This document shows, in pieces, positions 50,034-63,118 of a DNA stretch of 64,000 nucleotides. Made by a program: the position numbers and the translations under genes. The notes beneath the pieces were generated by a model. It worked only from the letters and a program-made list of their open reading frames with translations, did not search any database and had not been told where the DNA came from. Each line of letters begins with the position of its first letter. The stretch's first letter is position 1. The stretch comes from Squalus acanthias (lineage: Eukaryota): NCBI GenBank assembly GCA_030390025.1, contig CM059432.1, positions 40,426,001 to 40,490,000 of the forward strand, written 5' to 3'.

Positions 50034-50353
50034 TTCCTAAATGAGTCTTTCTGATCAATTTTTATTCATTTGAAATTAACACCCAATTAATCCTAGATTT
50101 ATTAGATTAAATTAAGCCAAGGTAGGACCACAGGACATAAATTTAAATTAGTGGAAAGTAACATTTAAATTAGATAGTGATTATCTTTATATGGATTCTG
50201 TGTTTTATAAATAGTAGCATCGTGAACTAAAACAAATAAATAATGTTAAACCTGTATAAATCATTGGTTTGGTGGCTGTTAAATAGACAGTTTTGGTGCA
50301 GAGAGATTCACTGATGATATCAGGGACGAGAGGCTTTAGTTATGAAGAGAGAC

Positions 50354-53226
50354 GGTAGCATAGTGGTTATGTTACTGGACTAGTAATTCAGAGGCCTGGA
50401 CTAATGATCCAGGAACGTAAAGTTCAAATCCCACCACGGCAGCTGGGGAATTCAGTTTAATTAAGTAAAAATCTGGAGCAAAAAGCTAGTAGCAGTAATA
50501 TTGACCACAAAACTATCGGATTGTCATAAAAAACCATCTGCTTCACGAATCTGCCGTCCTTACCCTGGTCTGGCCAAAATGTGATTCCAGACCCACAGCA
50601 ACGCAGTTGACCCCTAACTGCCCTCTGAAATGGCCTAGCAAGCCACTCAGTTGTAACAAACCGCTACAATAATAAGAATACAACCTAGGCATCGGCTTCA
50701 ACCCTGCAAAGTCCTCCTCACTAACATCTGGGGATTTGTGCCAAAAGTGAGAGAGCTGTCTGACATATTCATACCCACTGAATGATACCTTTCAGCCAGT
50801 GTCCCAGACTGAGAGAACCAACATGAGGGAAAAACCTCGTCTCTCACCAATCTACCTGCCGCAGATGCATCTGTCCATGACAGCATTGGTAGCAGTGATC
50901 ACCACACAGTCCTTGTGGAGACAAGATCCCGTCTTCACACTAAGGACACCCTCCATCGTGGAGTCATAACGGCACAGAAGGAAGCCATTTGGCCCATCGA
51001 GTCCGTGCCGGCTCTCTGTAGAGCAATCCAGTCAGGCACTACCGCTGTGCCAAATGGGATAGATTCAGAACAGATCTAGCAGCTCAAAACTGGGTATCCA
51101 TGAGGCGCTGTGGGCCATCAGCAGCAGCAGAATTATATTCCACCACAATCTGTAACCTCATGGCCCGGCATATCCCTCACTCTACCATGACCATCAAGCC
51201 AGGAGTGCAGAAGAGCATGCCAGGAGCAGCACCAGGTGTACCTAAAAATGAAGTGCCAACGTGGGGAAGCTGCAACGCAGGACTACATGCATGCTAAACA
51301 GTGGAAGCAGCATGTTATAGACAGAGCTAAGCGATCCCACAATCAGCGGATCAGATCAAAGCTCTGCAGTTCTGCCACATCCAGTCTTGAATGGTGGTGG
51401 ACAATTAAACAACTAACTGGAGGAGGAGGCTCCATGAATATCCCCATCCTCAATGATGGCGGAGCCCAGCATGCGACTGCAAAAGACAAGGCTGAAGTGT
51501 TTACAACCATCTTCAGCCAGAAGTACCGAGTGGATGATCCACCTCGGCCTCCTCCTGAGGTCCCCAACATCACAGAAGCCAGTCTTCAGCCAATTCGATT
51601 CACTCCACGTGATATCAAGCAATGTCTGCGTGCACTGGATACAACAAAGGCTATGGGCCCCGACAGCATCTCGGCTGTCGTGCTGAAGACTTGTGCTCCA
51701 GAACTAGCCGCGCCTCGAGCCAAGCTGTTCCAGTACAGCTACAACACTGGCATCTACCCGACAATGTGGAAAACTGCCCAGGTATGTCCAGTCCACAAAA
51801 AGCAGGACAAATCCAATCCGGCCAAAAAGTAGGACAAATCCAATCCAGCCAATTACCGCCTCATCAGTCTACTCTCAATCATCAGCAAAGTGATGGAAGG
51901 TGTCGTTGACAGTGCTATCAAGCGGCACTTACTCACCAATAACCTGCTCACTGATGCCCAGTTTGGGTTCCGCCAGGACCACTCAGCTCCAGACCTCATT
52001 ACAGCCTTGGTCCAAACATGGACAAAAGAGCTGAATTCCAGAGGTGAGGTGAGAGTGACTGCCCTTGACATCAAGGCAGCATTTAACTGGGTGTGGCATC
52101 AATCTAGTAAAATTGAAGTCAATGGGAATCAGGGGGAAAACTCTCTACTGGCTGGAGTCATACCTAGCACAAAGGAAGATGGTTGTGTTTGTTGGAGGCC
52201 ACTCATCTCAGCCCCAGGACATCGCTGCAGGAGTTCCTCAGGGCAGTGTTCTAGGCCAAGTCATCTTCAGCTGCCTCATCAATGACCTTCCCTCCATCAT
52301 AAGGTCAGAAGTGGGGATGTTCGCTGATGATTGCACAGTGTTCAGTTCCATTCGCAACTCTTCAGATCATGAAGCAGTCCATGCCCGCATGCAACAAGAC
52401 CTGGACGACATTCAGGCTTGGGCTGATAAGTGGCAAGTAACATTTGCGCCACACAAGTGCCAGGCAATGACCATCTCCAACAAGCAAGAGTCTAACCACC
52501 ACCCCTTGACATTAAGTGGCATTACCATCGCTGAATCCCCCACCATCTACATTCTGGGGGTCACCATTGACCAGAAACTTGACTGGACCAGCCACATAAA
52601 TACTGTTGCAACAAGAGCAAGTCAGAGGCTAGGTATTCTGTGGCGAGTGTCTCACCCCCTGACTCCCCAAAGCCTTTCCACCATCTACATGAAACGAGTC
52701 AGGAGTGTGATGGAATACTCTCCACTTGCCTGGATGAGTGCAGCTCCAACAACACTCAAGAAGCTCAACACCATCCAGGACAAAGCAGCCCGCTTGATTG
52801 CCACCCCATCCACCACCTTAAACATTCACTCCCACCACCACCAGCGCACCGTGGCTGCAGTGTGTACCATCTACAAGATACACTGCAGCAACACGCCAAG
52901 GCTTCTTCGGCAGCACCTCCCAAACCCACGACCTCTACCACCTAGAAGGACAAGGGCAGCAGGCGTACGGGAACACCATCACCTGCAAGTCCCCCTCCAA
53001 GTTACACACCATCCTGACTTGGAAATATGTCATCGTTCCTTCATCGTCGCTGGGTCAAAATCCTGAAACTCCCTCCCTAACAGCACTGCGGGAGTACCTT
53101 CACCACAAGGACTGCAGCGGTTCAAGGTGGCGGCTCACCACCACCTTCTCAAGGGCAATTAGGGATGGGCAATAAATCCTGGCCTTGCCGGCAACGCCCA
53201 CATCCTAGGAACGTATTTAAAAAAAA
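50354..53226 (+). mobile_element. CR1-Zenon-type LINE with a tRNA-derived 5' end, internally deleted and decayed
   Basis: A box 50356-50366, B box 50422-50431; APE motifs KVLLTNIWG, TE*YL, SDH; RT motifs ALDIKAAF, GVPQGSVLG, MFADD; C-terminal SVMEYSPLAW; host CR1 resumes on both sides. Confidence 0.88.
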
Positions 53227-53544
53227 GAAAATGGAGCTCTTTTCACTAAATCACCAAAGGTTAATAGTAGATCTCATAAAGGTGCTCAAACTTATGAAGT
53301 GTTTTAATAAAGTAATAAGAGAAAAACAATTTCTGCTGGTTGGCGAGTTGGTAACTAGAAGGCATAAATTTAAGATCATCACTTAAAAGAACAAAGGGAA
53401 AGGTTAGGAGATGTTTTGATTTGGAGGGTTATTTGGACATGTTCTTATGTTGCTCCCATTTAAAAAATTATATTTTACCTCGTCAGGTCATATTGGGTAG
53501 ACAACCGATACAACCAAAGTACAATGTAGTGCTATTCACCCCTG

Positions 53545-53845
53545 ATCCTCAACCCATCTGCCCTCACTAACCACCACCCCATCTCCAAATTCTCTTTCCT
53601 CTCCAGGGTCTTCGAACATGTTGCATCCCAGCTTCGTGCCAATCTCTTCTGCATCTTCCTATTTGAATCCCTCCAATCGGTTTTCCACCCATCCCACAGC
53701 ACCAAAATGTCCCTAACCAAAGTCATGAATGACATTGTGACTTTGTTTGCGGTGCATTATCCATGCTTTTCCTTTCTACGGCTATTGACATTTTGACCAC
53801 ACGATCTTTGTCCAATGTCTCTCCTTTGTTGTTCAGCTTACATGG
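53545..53845 (+). mobile_element. old L2 RT fragment
   Basis: PISxxxFLSxV...ESLQSxFxPxHST...KVMNDI remnants. Confidence 0.65.
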
Positions 53846-54049
53846 GACTGAAGTAAGACTAATGAGTCTGTAGAAGCCTGTGTCTATTTTTATTACTCTT
53901 TTTGAATAAGGCATCATGTTAATCTGTCTCCAATCCACTGGTATTACCCAATGTCCAGCTGCTCCCACTTGAAGTTTGTCAGTGCCTCACAAATCTTTTT
54001 CCTAGTCTCTCAGCATTTCGGAATAAAAGTCAACAATCCCTCAGCATCC

Positions 54050-56210
54050 CCGTGCTAAATGGGATAGATTCAGAACAGATCTAGCAGCTCAAAACTGGGC
54101 ATCCATGAGGTGCTGTGGGCCATCAGCAGCAGCAGAATTGTATTCCACCACAATCTGTAACCTCATGGCCCGGCATATCCCTCACTCTACCATTACCACC
54201 AAGCCAGGGAACCAACCCTGGTTCAATAAGGAGTATAGAAGAGCATGCCAGGAGCAGCACCAGGCGCACCTAAAAATGAGGTGCCAACCTGGGGAAGCTG
54301 CAACACAGGACTACATGCATGCTAAAAAGCGGAAGCAGCATGCTATAGACAGGGCTAAGCGACCCACAATCAACGGATCAGATCAAAGCTCTGCAGTCCT
54401 GCCACATCCAGTCGTGAATGGTGGTGGACCATTAAACAACTAACGGGAGGAGGAGGCTCCAAGAATATCCCCATCCTCAATGATGGTGGAGCCCAGCACG
54501 TGAGTGCAAAAGACAAGGCTGAAGCGTTTGCAACCAATTTCAGCCAGAAGTGCCGAGTGGATGATCCATATCGGCCTACTTCCGAGGTCCCCACCATCAT
54601 AGAAGCCATTCTTCAGCCAATTCGATTCACTCCATGTGATATCAAGAAATGGCTGAGCGCACTGGATACAGCAAAGGCTATGGGCCCCGACAACATCCCG
54701 GCTATCGTGCTGAAGACTTGTGCTCCAGAACTATCCGTGCTGCTAGCCAAGCTGTTCTAGTACAGCTACAACACTGGCATCTATCCGACAATGTGGAAAA
54801 CTGCCCAGGTATGTCCTGTCCACAAAAAGCAGGACAAATCCAACCCGGCCAATTACCGCCCCATCAGTCTACTCTCAATCATCAGCAAAGTGATGGAAGG
54901 CGTCATCGACAGTGCTATCAAGCGGCACTTACTCACCAATAACCTGCTCACTGATGCCCAGTTTGGGTTCCGCCAAGACCACTCGGCTCCCGACCTCATT
55001 ACAGCCTTGGTCCAAACATGGACAAAGGAGCTGAATTCCAGAGGTGAGTTGAGAGTGACTGCCCTTGACATCAAGGCAGCATTTGACCGAGTCTGGCATC
55101 AAGGAGCCCTAGTACAACTGAAGACAATGGGAATCAGGGGGAAAACGCTCCACTGGCTGGAGTCATACCTAGCACAAAGGAAGATGGTTGTGGTGGTTGA
55201 AGGTCAATCATCACACATCGCTGCAGGAGTTCCTCAGGGCAGTGTCCTCGGTCCAACCATCTTCAGCTGCTTCGTCAATGACCTTCCCTCCAACATAAGG
55301 TCAGAAATGGAGATGTTCGCTGATGACTGCACAGTGTTCAGCGCCATTCGCAACTCCATAGATAATGAAGCAGTCCATGCCCGCATGCAACAAGACCTGG
55401 ACGACGTTCAGGCTTGGGCTGATAAGTGGCAGGTAACATTCGCGCCACAGAAGTGCCAGGCAATGACCATCTCCAACAAGCGAGAGTCTAACCACCTCCC
55501 CTTGACCTTCAATGGAGTACCATCGCTGAATCGCCCACTATCAACATCCTGGGGGTCACCATTAACCAGAAACTTAACTGGACCAGCCACATAAATACTG
55601 TGGCAACAAGAGCAGGTCAGAGGCTAGGTATTCTGTGGCGAGTATCTCACCTCCTGACTCCCCAAAGCCTTTCCACCATCTACAAGGCACAAGGAAGGAG
55701 TGTGATGGAATACTCTCCACTTGCCTGGATGAGTGCAGCTCCAACAACACTCAAGAAGCTCGACACCATCCAGGACAAAGCATCCCGCTTGATTGGCACA
55801 CCATCCACCACCTTAAACATTCACTCCCTCCACCACCGGCGTACCGTGGCTGCAGTGTGTACCATCTACAAGATGCACTGCAGCAACTCACCAAGGCTTC
55901 TTCGGCAGCACCTCCCAAACCCACGACCTCTTCCACCTAGAAGGACAAGGGCAGCAGGCGCATGGGAATACCACCACCTCCAAGTTCCCCTCCAAGTCAC
56001 ATACCATCCTTACTTAGAAGTATATCGCCGATCCTTCATCGTCGCTGGGTCAAAATCCTGGAACTCCCTACCTAACAGCATTGTGGGAGTACCATCACCA
56101 CACGGACTGCAGCGGTTCAAGAAGGCGGCTCACCACCACCTTCTCAAGGGCAACTAGGGATGGGCAATAAGTGCTGGCATTGCCAGCGACGCCCTGATCC
56201 CATAAATGAT
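54050..56210 (+). mobile_element. CR1-Zenon-type LINE, 5'-truncated second copy
   Basis: Highly similar to 51040-53215; RT motifs NYRPISLL, QFGFR, AFDRVWH, FADD; stops and frameshifts. Confidence 0.9.
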
Positions 56211-56835
56211 TTTTTTTTAATGTATTCATTCTGATCACTTTTATCCTGTCTAAGGAAATCCATCTCATTTATATTTGTTATTGATTTTAATTATTTGAGA
56301 TGGGGATGTTGTTCATATCTTCCCTTGTGAATATTTGGAGGAAGTAATCATTTGAAGTACTTACTATCTCGTGCCTATTATTTGTTCTGAGTCTATTTGC
56401 ATCTTTTATTGTTCTCCCCTCTTCTCTGACTACTCTCTGAAAGATTTTCTGACTGTTATTTTTTTTTAATTATTCCAATTGTGAAAACTATTTTCTGTTG
56501 AATTGCCCACTCGAAACAAAACTGAGGATCCTCAACCTCATTTCACCTGACAGCCATGAGGGAGAGAATGCTTGTGCATGTGTGTATGAGATGGAGAGAC
56601 AGAGAGAGAAAGAGAGAATGGGGAGAGTAGAGGGAACCTCAGACAGACAAGAATTCTTTATTTCATGAACTGGGGCTAAATTCAAATCAGGACTCACAAA
56701 GATGAAAGAACAAAGTTTTAATCTACCGCATCATCCAGCTCCATGGGTCACTTTTTTAAAATAAAATAACTTTCACTTAATATTGTTAGAATTAAGAGAG
56801 TTATTATTTACATGTTTATGCAAGAATTCACGCAC

Positions 56836-57119
56836 CTGTAGGACAAGAACTGGCAGGTCCAACAGCTCCTCTGTGACGCTGTCATGATACTCATTCTGTG
56901 TGAAGATCGGTGCCTCGTCATTCTTGTTGATGACATTGACAGTCACCAATGTTTGATTTTCCCACTTGCCATCTGACGCCACAAGCCGCAGCTCATAGTG
57001 TTGCTCTTGTTCATAATTTAGCCGCTGAGCTATAAAGATTGTTCCAACTTCTGGCTCCACATCAAACATTCCTTTAACATTCCCTGAGGTGATCTGGTAT
57101 CTCAGTTTAGCATTTGCCC
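56836..57119 (-). CDS. cadherin exon 5 (GANAKLRYQI...NKNDEAP...VLVLQ)
   Basis: AG/GT flanks, 284 nt. Confidence 0.92.
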
Positions 57120-57456
57120 CTGTAATGAGATGAAGACAATGAAATGCAACCTTCCTTTGATACTTGTTCATTTGTTATGATGTAGTAATTTTAATCAGGA
57201 TTTTCTTTTTGATGTGCTCCAGTTTTCATGTATTCTTTCCCTATTTTATGAATTAACACACTCCACCGTTAAATCGTCATTTTATTTTTATTGAAGAATA
57301 TTTAAACAAGCTAAAATTTACAGCACCGCCACAAGTGAATCTACCTTGGGTAAAAACTAAATTCAGTTCACTTTACCTCTGCACCTCAATATTGGAACAT
57401 TGAAGCAGTGATCGTAAGATGCTATTTACACAGCTTTCACGTGCTTTAAACAATTT

Positions 57457-57652
57457 TGAGAAGTCGCACAACACCAGGTTATAGTCCAACAGTTTTATTT
57501 GAAATCACAAGCTTTCGGAGCGGCTGCTCCTTCTTCACCTGACGAAGGAGCAGCAGCTCCGAAAGCTTGTGATTTCAAATAAAACTGTTGGACTAGAACC
57601 TGGTGTTGTGCGACTTCTCACTTTTGTCCACCCCAGTCCAACACCGGCATCA
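57457..57652. mobile_element. Penelope pLTR mini-palindrome with hammerhead core
   Basis: 80-bp arms 57457-57536 and 57541-57620; TSD TTAAACAATTTTG; CTGACGA at 57539. Confidence 0.88.
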
Positions 57653-58046
57653 TTAAACAATTTTGGTGGCGAATTCTGGTGCAGGTCAGTTAATGATCAG
57701 AGACAGAAGTTGTTCCCAGCTCAAGGCGAGGAATTTGGAGAAAAGGGTGAGCTAAAAATGGCATGAAAAATTTCAAACCATGCTCCTGAGATCTGACATT
57801 CCTCGGCCTCACCTGAGTGACAACAGCAGAATCACACCGGAATTTTGTAGCTGGGAGAATTAGAGGTCAGAGCAAATCACGAGGGTGTCAGTAGAAGAAA
57901 AATAATTAAAAGTAAGTAAGCTTAAGTGCAAGAGAAATACATTTCAGGCAGGCACAGTAGACAAGTGATGACAAAAGTGTGACAGGAAAGTGATACAGGA
58001 AATGTATGTTATATGCAAGACTTTTAATATATTAATAGATGCACTG

Positions 58047-58610
58047 CAACAACAACTTGCATTTATGTAGCACCTTTATCATAGTAAAACATCCCAAGGT
58101 GCTTCACAGGAGCATTATCAAACAAAAGGGGACACCGAGTAACATATGGAAATATTAGGACAGATGACCAAAACCTTTTTTAAGGAGCGCCTTAAAGGAA
58201 GAAAGAGAAGTAAAGAGGCGGAGAGGTTTAGGGAAGGAATTCCAGAGCTTTGGGCCTAGGCAGCTGAAGGCACGGCTGCCACTGGTGAAATCAGGGATAT
58301 GCAAGAGGCCAGAATTGGAGGAGCGCAGAGATCTGGAAGGGTTGTAGGGCTGGAGGAGGTTACAGAGATAGGGAGGGGCGAGGCCATGGAGGGATATGAA
58401 GACAAGGATGAAAATTTTAAAATTGAAGTGTTGCCGGACTGCTAGGCAATTTGATCAGCGAGCACAGGGATGATGGGTGAATGGGACTTGGTATGAGTTA
58501 GGATACAGGCAGCAAAGGTTTGAATGAGCTCAAATTTATGAAGGGTGGAAGATGGAAGGCCAGCCAGGAGAGCATTGGAATAGTCAAGTCTAGAGGTAAC
58601 AAAGCAACAT
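58047..58610 (-). mobile_element. L2 LINE 3' fragment
   Basis: Reverse of the L2 tail seen at 14228-14441 plus upstream C-terminal coding remnants. Confidence 0.75.
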
Positions 58611-59556
58611 TGGCAGGGACAGTTTTATTTGGCTTTTGGGTAATTTTCTGTTCCACTGGTGAGTGCCATTCTGACTCTATGTAGATGACACATGATGATG
58701 TGCTCACTGAAGGATCAAAGGTGCATAAATGTGGTATAAAAGGTGCAAACATGATTTATGCCAGTAAAGTAAGTTGCAAAAGATAATTTGCTCCAGTAAC
58801 CAAGTTTTCAGGTGAAAAAAACTGAGTGAAGATGTGGCTTATATATGTCCATATGTATTTTTAACTGTGTACACCTATAAGTGTGCAAAAAATACTTTTG
58901 CTTAAGCATGAAAAAAATCAGGGTCAGCCATTTTATTCCTTTGTGTTTATAACATAAAACAGGTTACAGTGGAAGACAACTGTAACAAAGAAACTCTGCA
59001 CAGAAAAACCTGCTATGATACAAACAGGGGAGTCACAGATATCCCTTAACCCAGTAAATGCTCCAGCACCTATGGCTCAGCAAATGATCTGCATTTGAAC
59101 TTCTGGATATAAGGGTGAAAGTTCTAGGTAATTGTAGGAGAGAGGTCCACAGGCAGAATTGGTGAGTGAGGCTTTATTACTAGTTACAACCCAAAATACA
59201 TTGTAGCGACTTTAAGGTAATGCTTGATACACAGTCACCTCTGGTTTCTCTCCAGACTGTTTATCCCAATGCTGTTTCACTTTCTGACATTGATTACTCT
59301 GCAGTATATTAGTAACCAGTCCATTTATTCATGATGAGCAAATGATGAATTGGGAATCCCTTTGCACATTTGCGCCACTGCAGCTTCACCACATTGCAGA
59401 ATCAAACTTCTTTAAGAGATTATTAGAGATTAATTTGTTGATTGAACAATACCCACCTTGCCTGTTTATTTTTAAATTCCCACTCACAAATATTCTCTCT
59501 TTTTTCTGAAAGAGAAAACTTGAGAATGGGAATACAGTTTTATGAACACTGGCAGT

Positions 59557-59613
59557 ATATATATATATATATTTATGAGAGAGAGAGAGAGAGAGTGTGA
59601 GTGTGTGTGTGTG
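59557..59613. repeat. compound microsatellite (TA)n(GA)n(GT)n
   Basis: Read directly from the sequence. Confidence 0.9.
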
Positions 59614-59805
59614 TAGGGGGGATTATTGGCAAGATCAACCCTGTTCATGTCTAGTTCATGTATTTTCCAGTGTGGTTCACTAGACAGCAATCAGCAGCAT
59701 AATCCCTGACTGATTTTATTCAGGAACACCAAGATCAATTGTAAGCGCCTTTTTTTCTGTGAAATCGCATGTGAAAGAATAGAAGCAGGATACATAAAGA
59801 CATAC

Positions 59806-59949
59806 CTTCATCTCCATCATTTGCAGAAACTGTGATAACAACAAACCCAACATCCTTGTCCTCATCTACACTTATTGTGTAGGTTTCCTGTGGGAAGACT
59901 GGTGCGTTGTCATTCACATCACTGACAAAAATCCTCACATATGCTGTGT
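59806..59949 (-). CDS. cadherin exon 4 (DTAYVRIFVSDVNDNAP...ANDGDE)
   Basis: AG/GT flanks, 144 nt. Confidence 0.92.
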
Positions 59950-60540
59950 CTGTGAACAGAAAGAAAAATTGTACACTCACTGTTAAAGAGTAACTATACC
60001 GCAATGTGGAAACATACTCCTGCTGATAGAAATATCACTCAGAGTGTATGCCATATGTAAACATGTGGCCATTATTTGTGCCCTACTGAAGGTTGAATCC
60101 TGGATTAATTCAGGGGTAAAAACACATCACAATAGGAAGCCCATGTCAACCCAGGGTAGTGCTGAAGTATGCTTTCAATGCCAAGCAGGCAGCATTTGCT
60201 GCTGGGATGTTTCTGTATGGTACGGCCTGGTAGATCAGTTCTTTAGGGTTCAGCTCTGCTACTGTGATTATTGAGCAGAACTATGACCTGGAGTGAAGCA
60301 AGTCATAGGGAGTGAAACAAATCACTGAGCGAAGTGAGTCACATGAAATGAATGAGAACTCAGAATGGAAAGCAAATGTATTTTTGATATTACTTGCTGA
60401 TATTATTTTGTTCCGTTGCATAATTTGAAACTAATCTTAGCCAATTAAACTTCCAAACAATGTACATGCTTATGTGTGGGCAAACACGTCCACTCATTTT
60501 CCCATTTTGTTTTAAGAGATGATAATTCTGAAGTCTATAC

Positions 60541-60727
60541 CTGTGTTGGGCTGTCCATGCATGCCAGGCCGAGCAGACTCAGAGTTGTCTTGAGACTGAA
60601 CCTCTATCAGGTAGGACCCTTTCACCTCTCTGTCAAAGGATGTCTGAGTGAATATTACTCCCGTTTCATAATCAATGCTGAAGTAATGGTAGTCTCCACT
60701 GAGGTCCTTCACTATAGCATAATTTAT
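60541..60727 (-). CDS. cadherin exon 3 (INYAIVKD...FDRE...GQPNT)
   Basis: AG/GT flanks, 187 nt, DRE motif. Confidence 0.92.
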
Positions 60728-62990
60728 CTGTGATTGGAACGAAAGTAAAGCAAGTGAGTCCTCAACTTTGAATGAGATCTTTCCACCCTGTGAGGCTTAG
60801 AGTGACAGTTACTTTATATCTTATATACTTTACGGCGTATGGGTTCCTTCTAAATAAATTCAAAATAATTGTGTGTACTTTATCACATTTTGCAATGACC
60901 TTTGTATCACGGCGCCTGCACTAGCAGTAATTACCTCTAGAGTCCAGGATGGCAACTGAGGCACTTAATTATTTGTCTGACAAATATGGTCTGTATTACT
61001 CTATAACAGAAAAATATACCATGGCAATGTTCCAATAACCTCATTCTCTGAAATCTACAAATTGATTTGATATCAATGTGCAGAATTTGTTCAGAAATGA
61101 GATGCAGCCAGGAGTTATGAGTTAGCACATCATCCTTTGACCTCTAAATACGAGGCTTGAAACCAGCGCAGACTGATGGAATAAAAGTCATATCATCTGT
61201 CAACTGTAAAGATATTATATGAAATGAATTTAAGGCACCTTAACCAAGGACTTAATGCATGTAAGTCCACCATAGAAGGCTATTGGAAGATAGCAGGGCA
61301 ATGGGATTAGTTTTGGATTGTTCTAGCAAAGAGCCAGCACAGACATGATGGGCCGAATGGACTCCTTCTGTACTGTAAATTTCTATCGTTCGAAGTGCAA
61401 CCTGATGTTTGCCTCCATAACCTCAATGTCAGACCACCCCCTTCCCTGTAGTGTTGTTTTAGGATTTGTACGGCGGGGTGCTGACTGCACACAGAGTTGA
61501 AAACAAGGTTTTGGTTCAATTAGATTTTACTGCAGGGATGCACAAATTGGTTTGGCTATCCATTTTTACAATACCCTTTTGTACAGTGACAAACCCAATA
61601 ATACAAAGCACATCCAGATAAAGGTTTTACAGTCCAGTGAATACACTCTTCTAGGTTCCTTTGTACCTCTACGATGTAGCTAAGACACTTGTTTGATAAT
61701 ATTTGCAATCTTTGCAGCAGCTGTCTGAACACTGTCTACAACAGAACGCCATGACCCAACTAAGGTTGAGGTAGTGTATTACACATTGGAATTGCTGCTT
61801 TCTCTGTCAGGTAATGTCTATTTTGTTATGTTCGTTTTCAGCATCATGAAATGGCCTGGTTGGAACAATAATATTATGGATTTACGAGATATTAGGTTGC
61901 ACAATAGAATATGAAACAAATGTTGCGTTTGTAAGAAACAAAGAATATCCAAAAATGTCAAAGACATGGATCTCTGGAAATCGGTAGAGTTTACCCTCAG
62001 TGTTCTAGTGATGCTGTTGGTATAGATATATGAGGACCTACAGCTCCTGGAGCTTAAAAGGTTCCATTTAGTGGTAGGAAATGAACCAGAATTTCCTATA
62101 ATACTGTACAACTGATGCAATATTGGATAAAGCTGCAGCTTCAGTCGTGACAAGTTTAAGTCCCACTGCCCTCCCATTGTAACTATTTATTTTTGATTTT
62201 TGTATGTCATAAAGGAGGCTATAGGGTTTCAGATTTCACAGAAAAACAAACTGAATTGGAAATGTGATCCCAAAACATCAACTGAAATACTGAAATCCAA
62301 TGTGATAAAACAGAATGCAATTTATTCAATTGCCTTGAAGCAGTGTCCTTGGTCACAGGCCTTTATTGTGGGCTTGTTTGTTAGTAGTACATTGTATTAC
62401 TCGGATGCTCGGGGCCAGTGATTCTTGATGTCCAGGTCTTATGCAGCCAGCAGCAACCCTAAAGTAAACTTGTCAGATTTGCTAAGCCTGAATACTGGGA
62501 AGACACATTTTGTACTAGGTCTTCCCAGTAGCTGCCCTTAACGAATCTGAGGTTACTGTAGGCTATGCGACATCCGCATGTCAGGATCTGCGCCCTAGCC
62601 TCCCACAAAGTGCAATATTAAAACAGCTTTAAGCAATGTGATCTGTACATGTCAGACACCGAGCTGACCAAAAATAAAAATTCACTCCAGTGAGTCCCTC
62701 ACTTTTTTCAGTTGCAATATATCCTTTGTTTTTTAAAAAGCATTTATTTGGCATATAAAAACATATCAGGCTGTGAACGTTCAACATAAAGAATCTAATG
62801 ATATTTGAATCATTCAGTAAAAATGTCTACAATCCTTGTGTTACCTCTGGGACCCGCACTGTGCCCCTACCCACCCAAGTCCATGAGCATGAATCACGTG
62901 AGGAAGCTGGTTATCCAACATGCTTCAAAAAATTACATGAATGAGCCCAATGTAAATAGAAATACTTGGAGAACCGCGGCAATTTCTGAC

Positions 62991-63118
62991 CTTTCCATGC
63001 CATCCTGAATCCAGATCAGTTGCTGCTACCTGCACAACTGACATGCCGACTGCAGCACCTTCAGGGACCGTGGCCTCATATGTGGACGAGGTAAAGAAAG
63101 GAACATTGTCGTTCACAT
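62991..63118 (-). CDS. cadherin exon 2 (DVNDNVPFF...ATDLDSGWHGK)
   Basis: AG/GT flanks, 128 nt, DxNDN and AxDxD motifs. Confidence 0.92.

Noticed and set aside
50520..50640. HDV-like ribozyme in the Zenon 5' UTR
   Set aside because: I could not fit the double-pseudoknot pattern by eye; a covariance-model search would be needed.
52065..56157. Functional reverse transcriptase genes
   Set aside because: Both Zenon copies, like all CR1 and Penelope copies here, carry stops, frameshifts or deletions.
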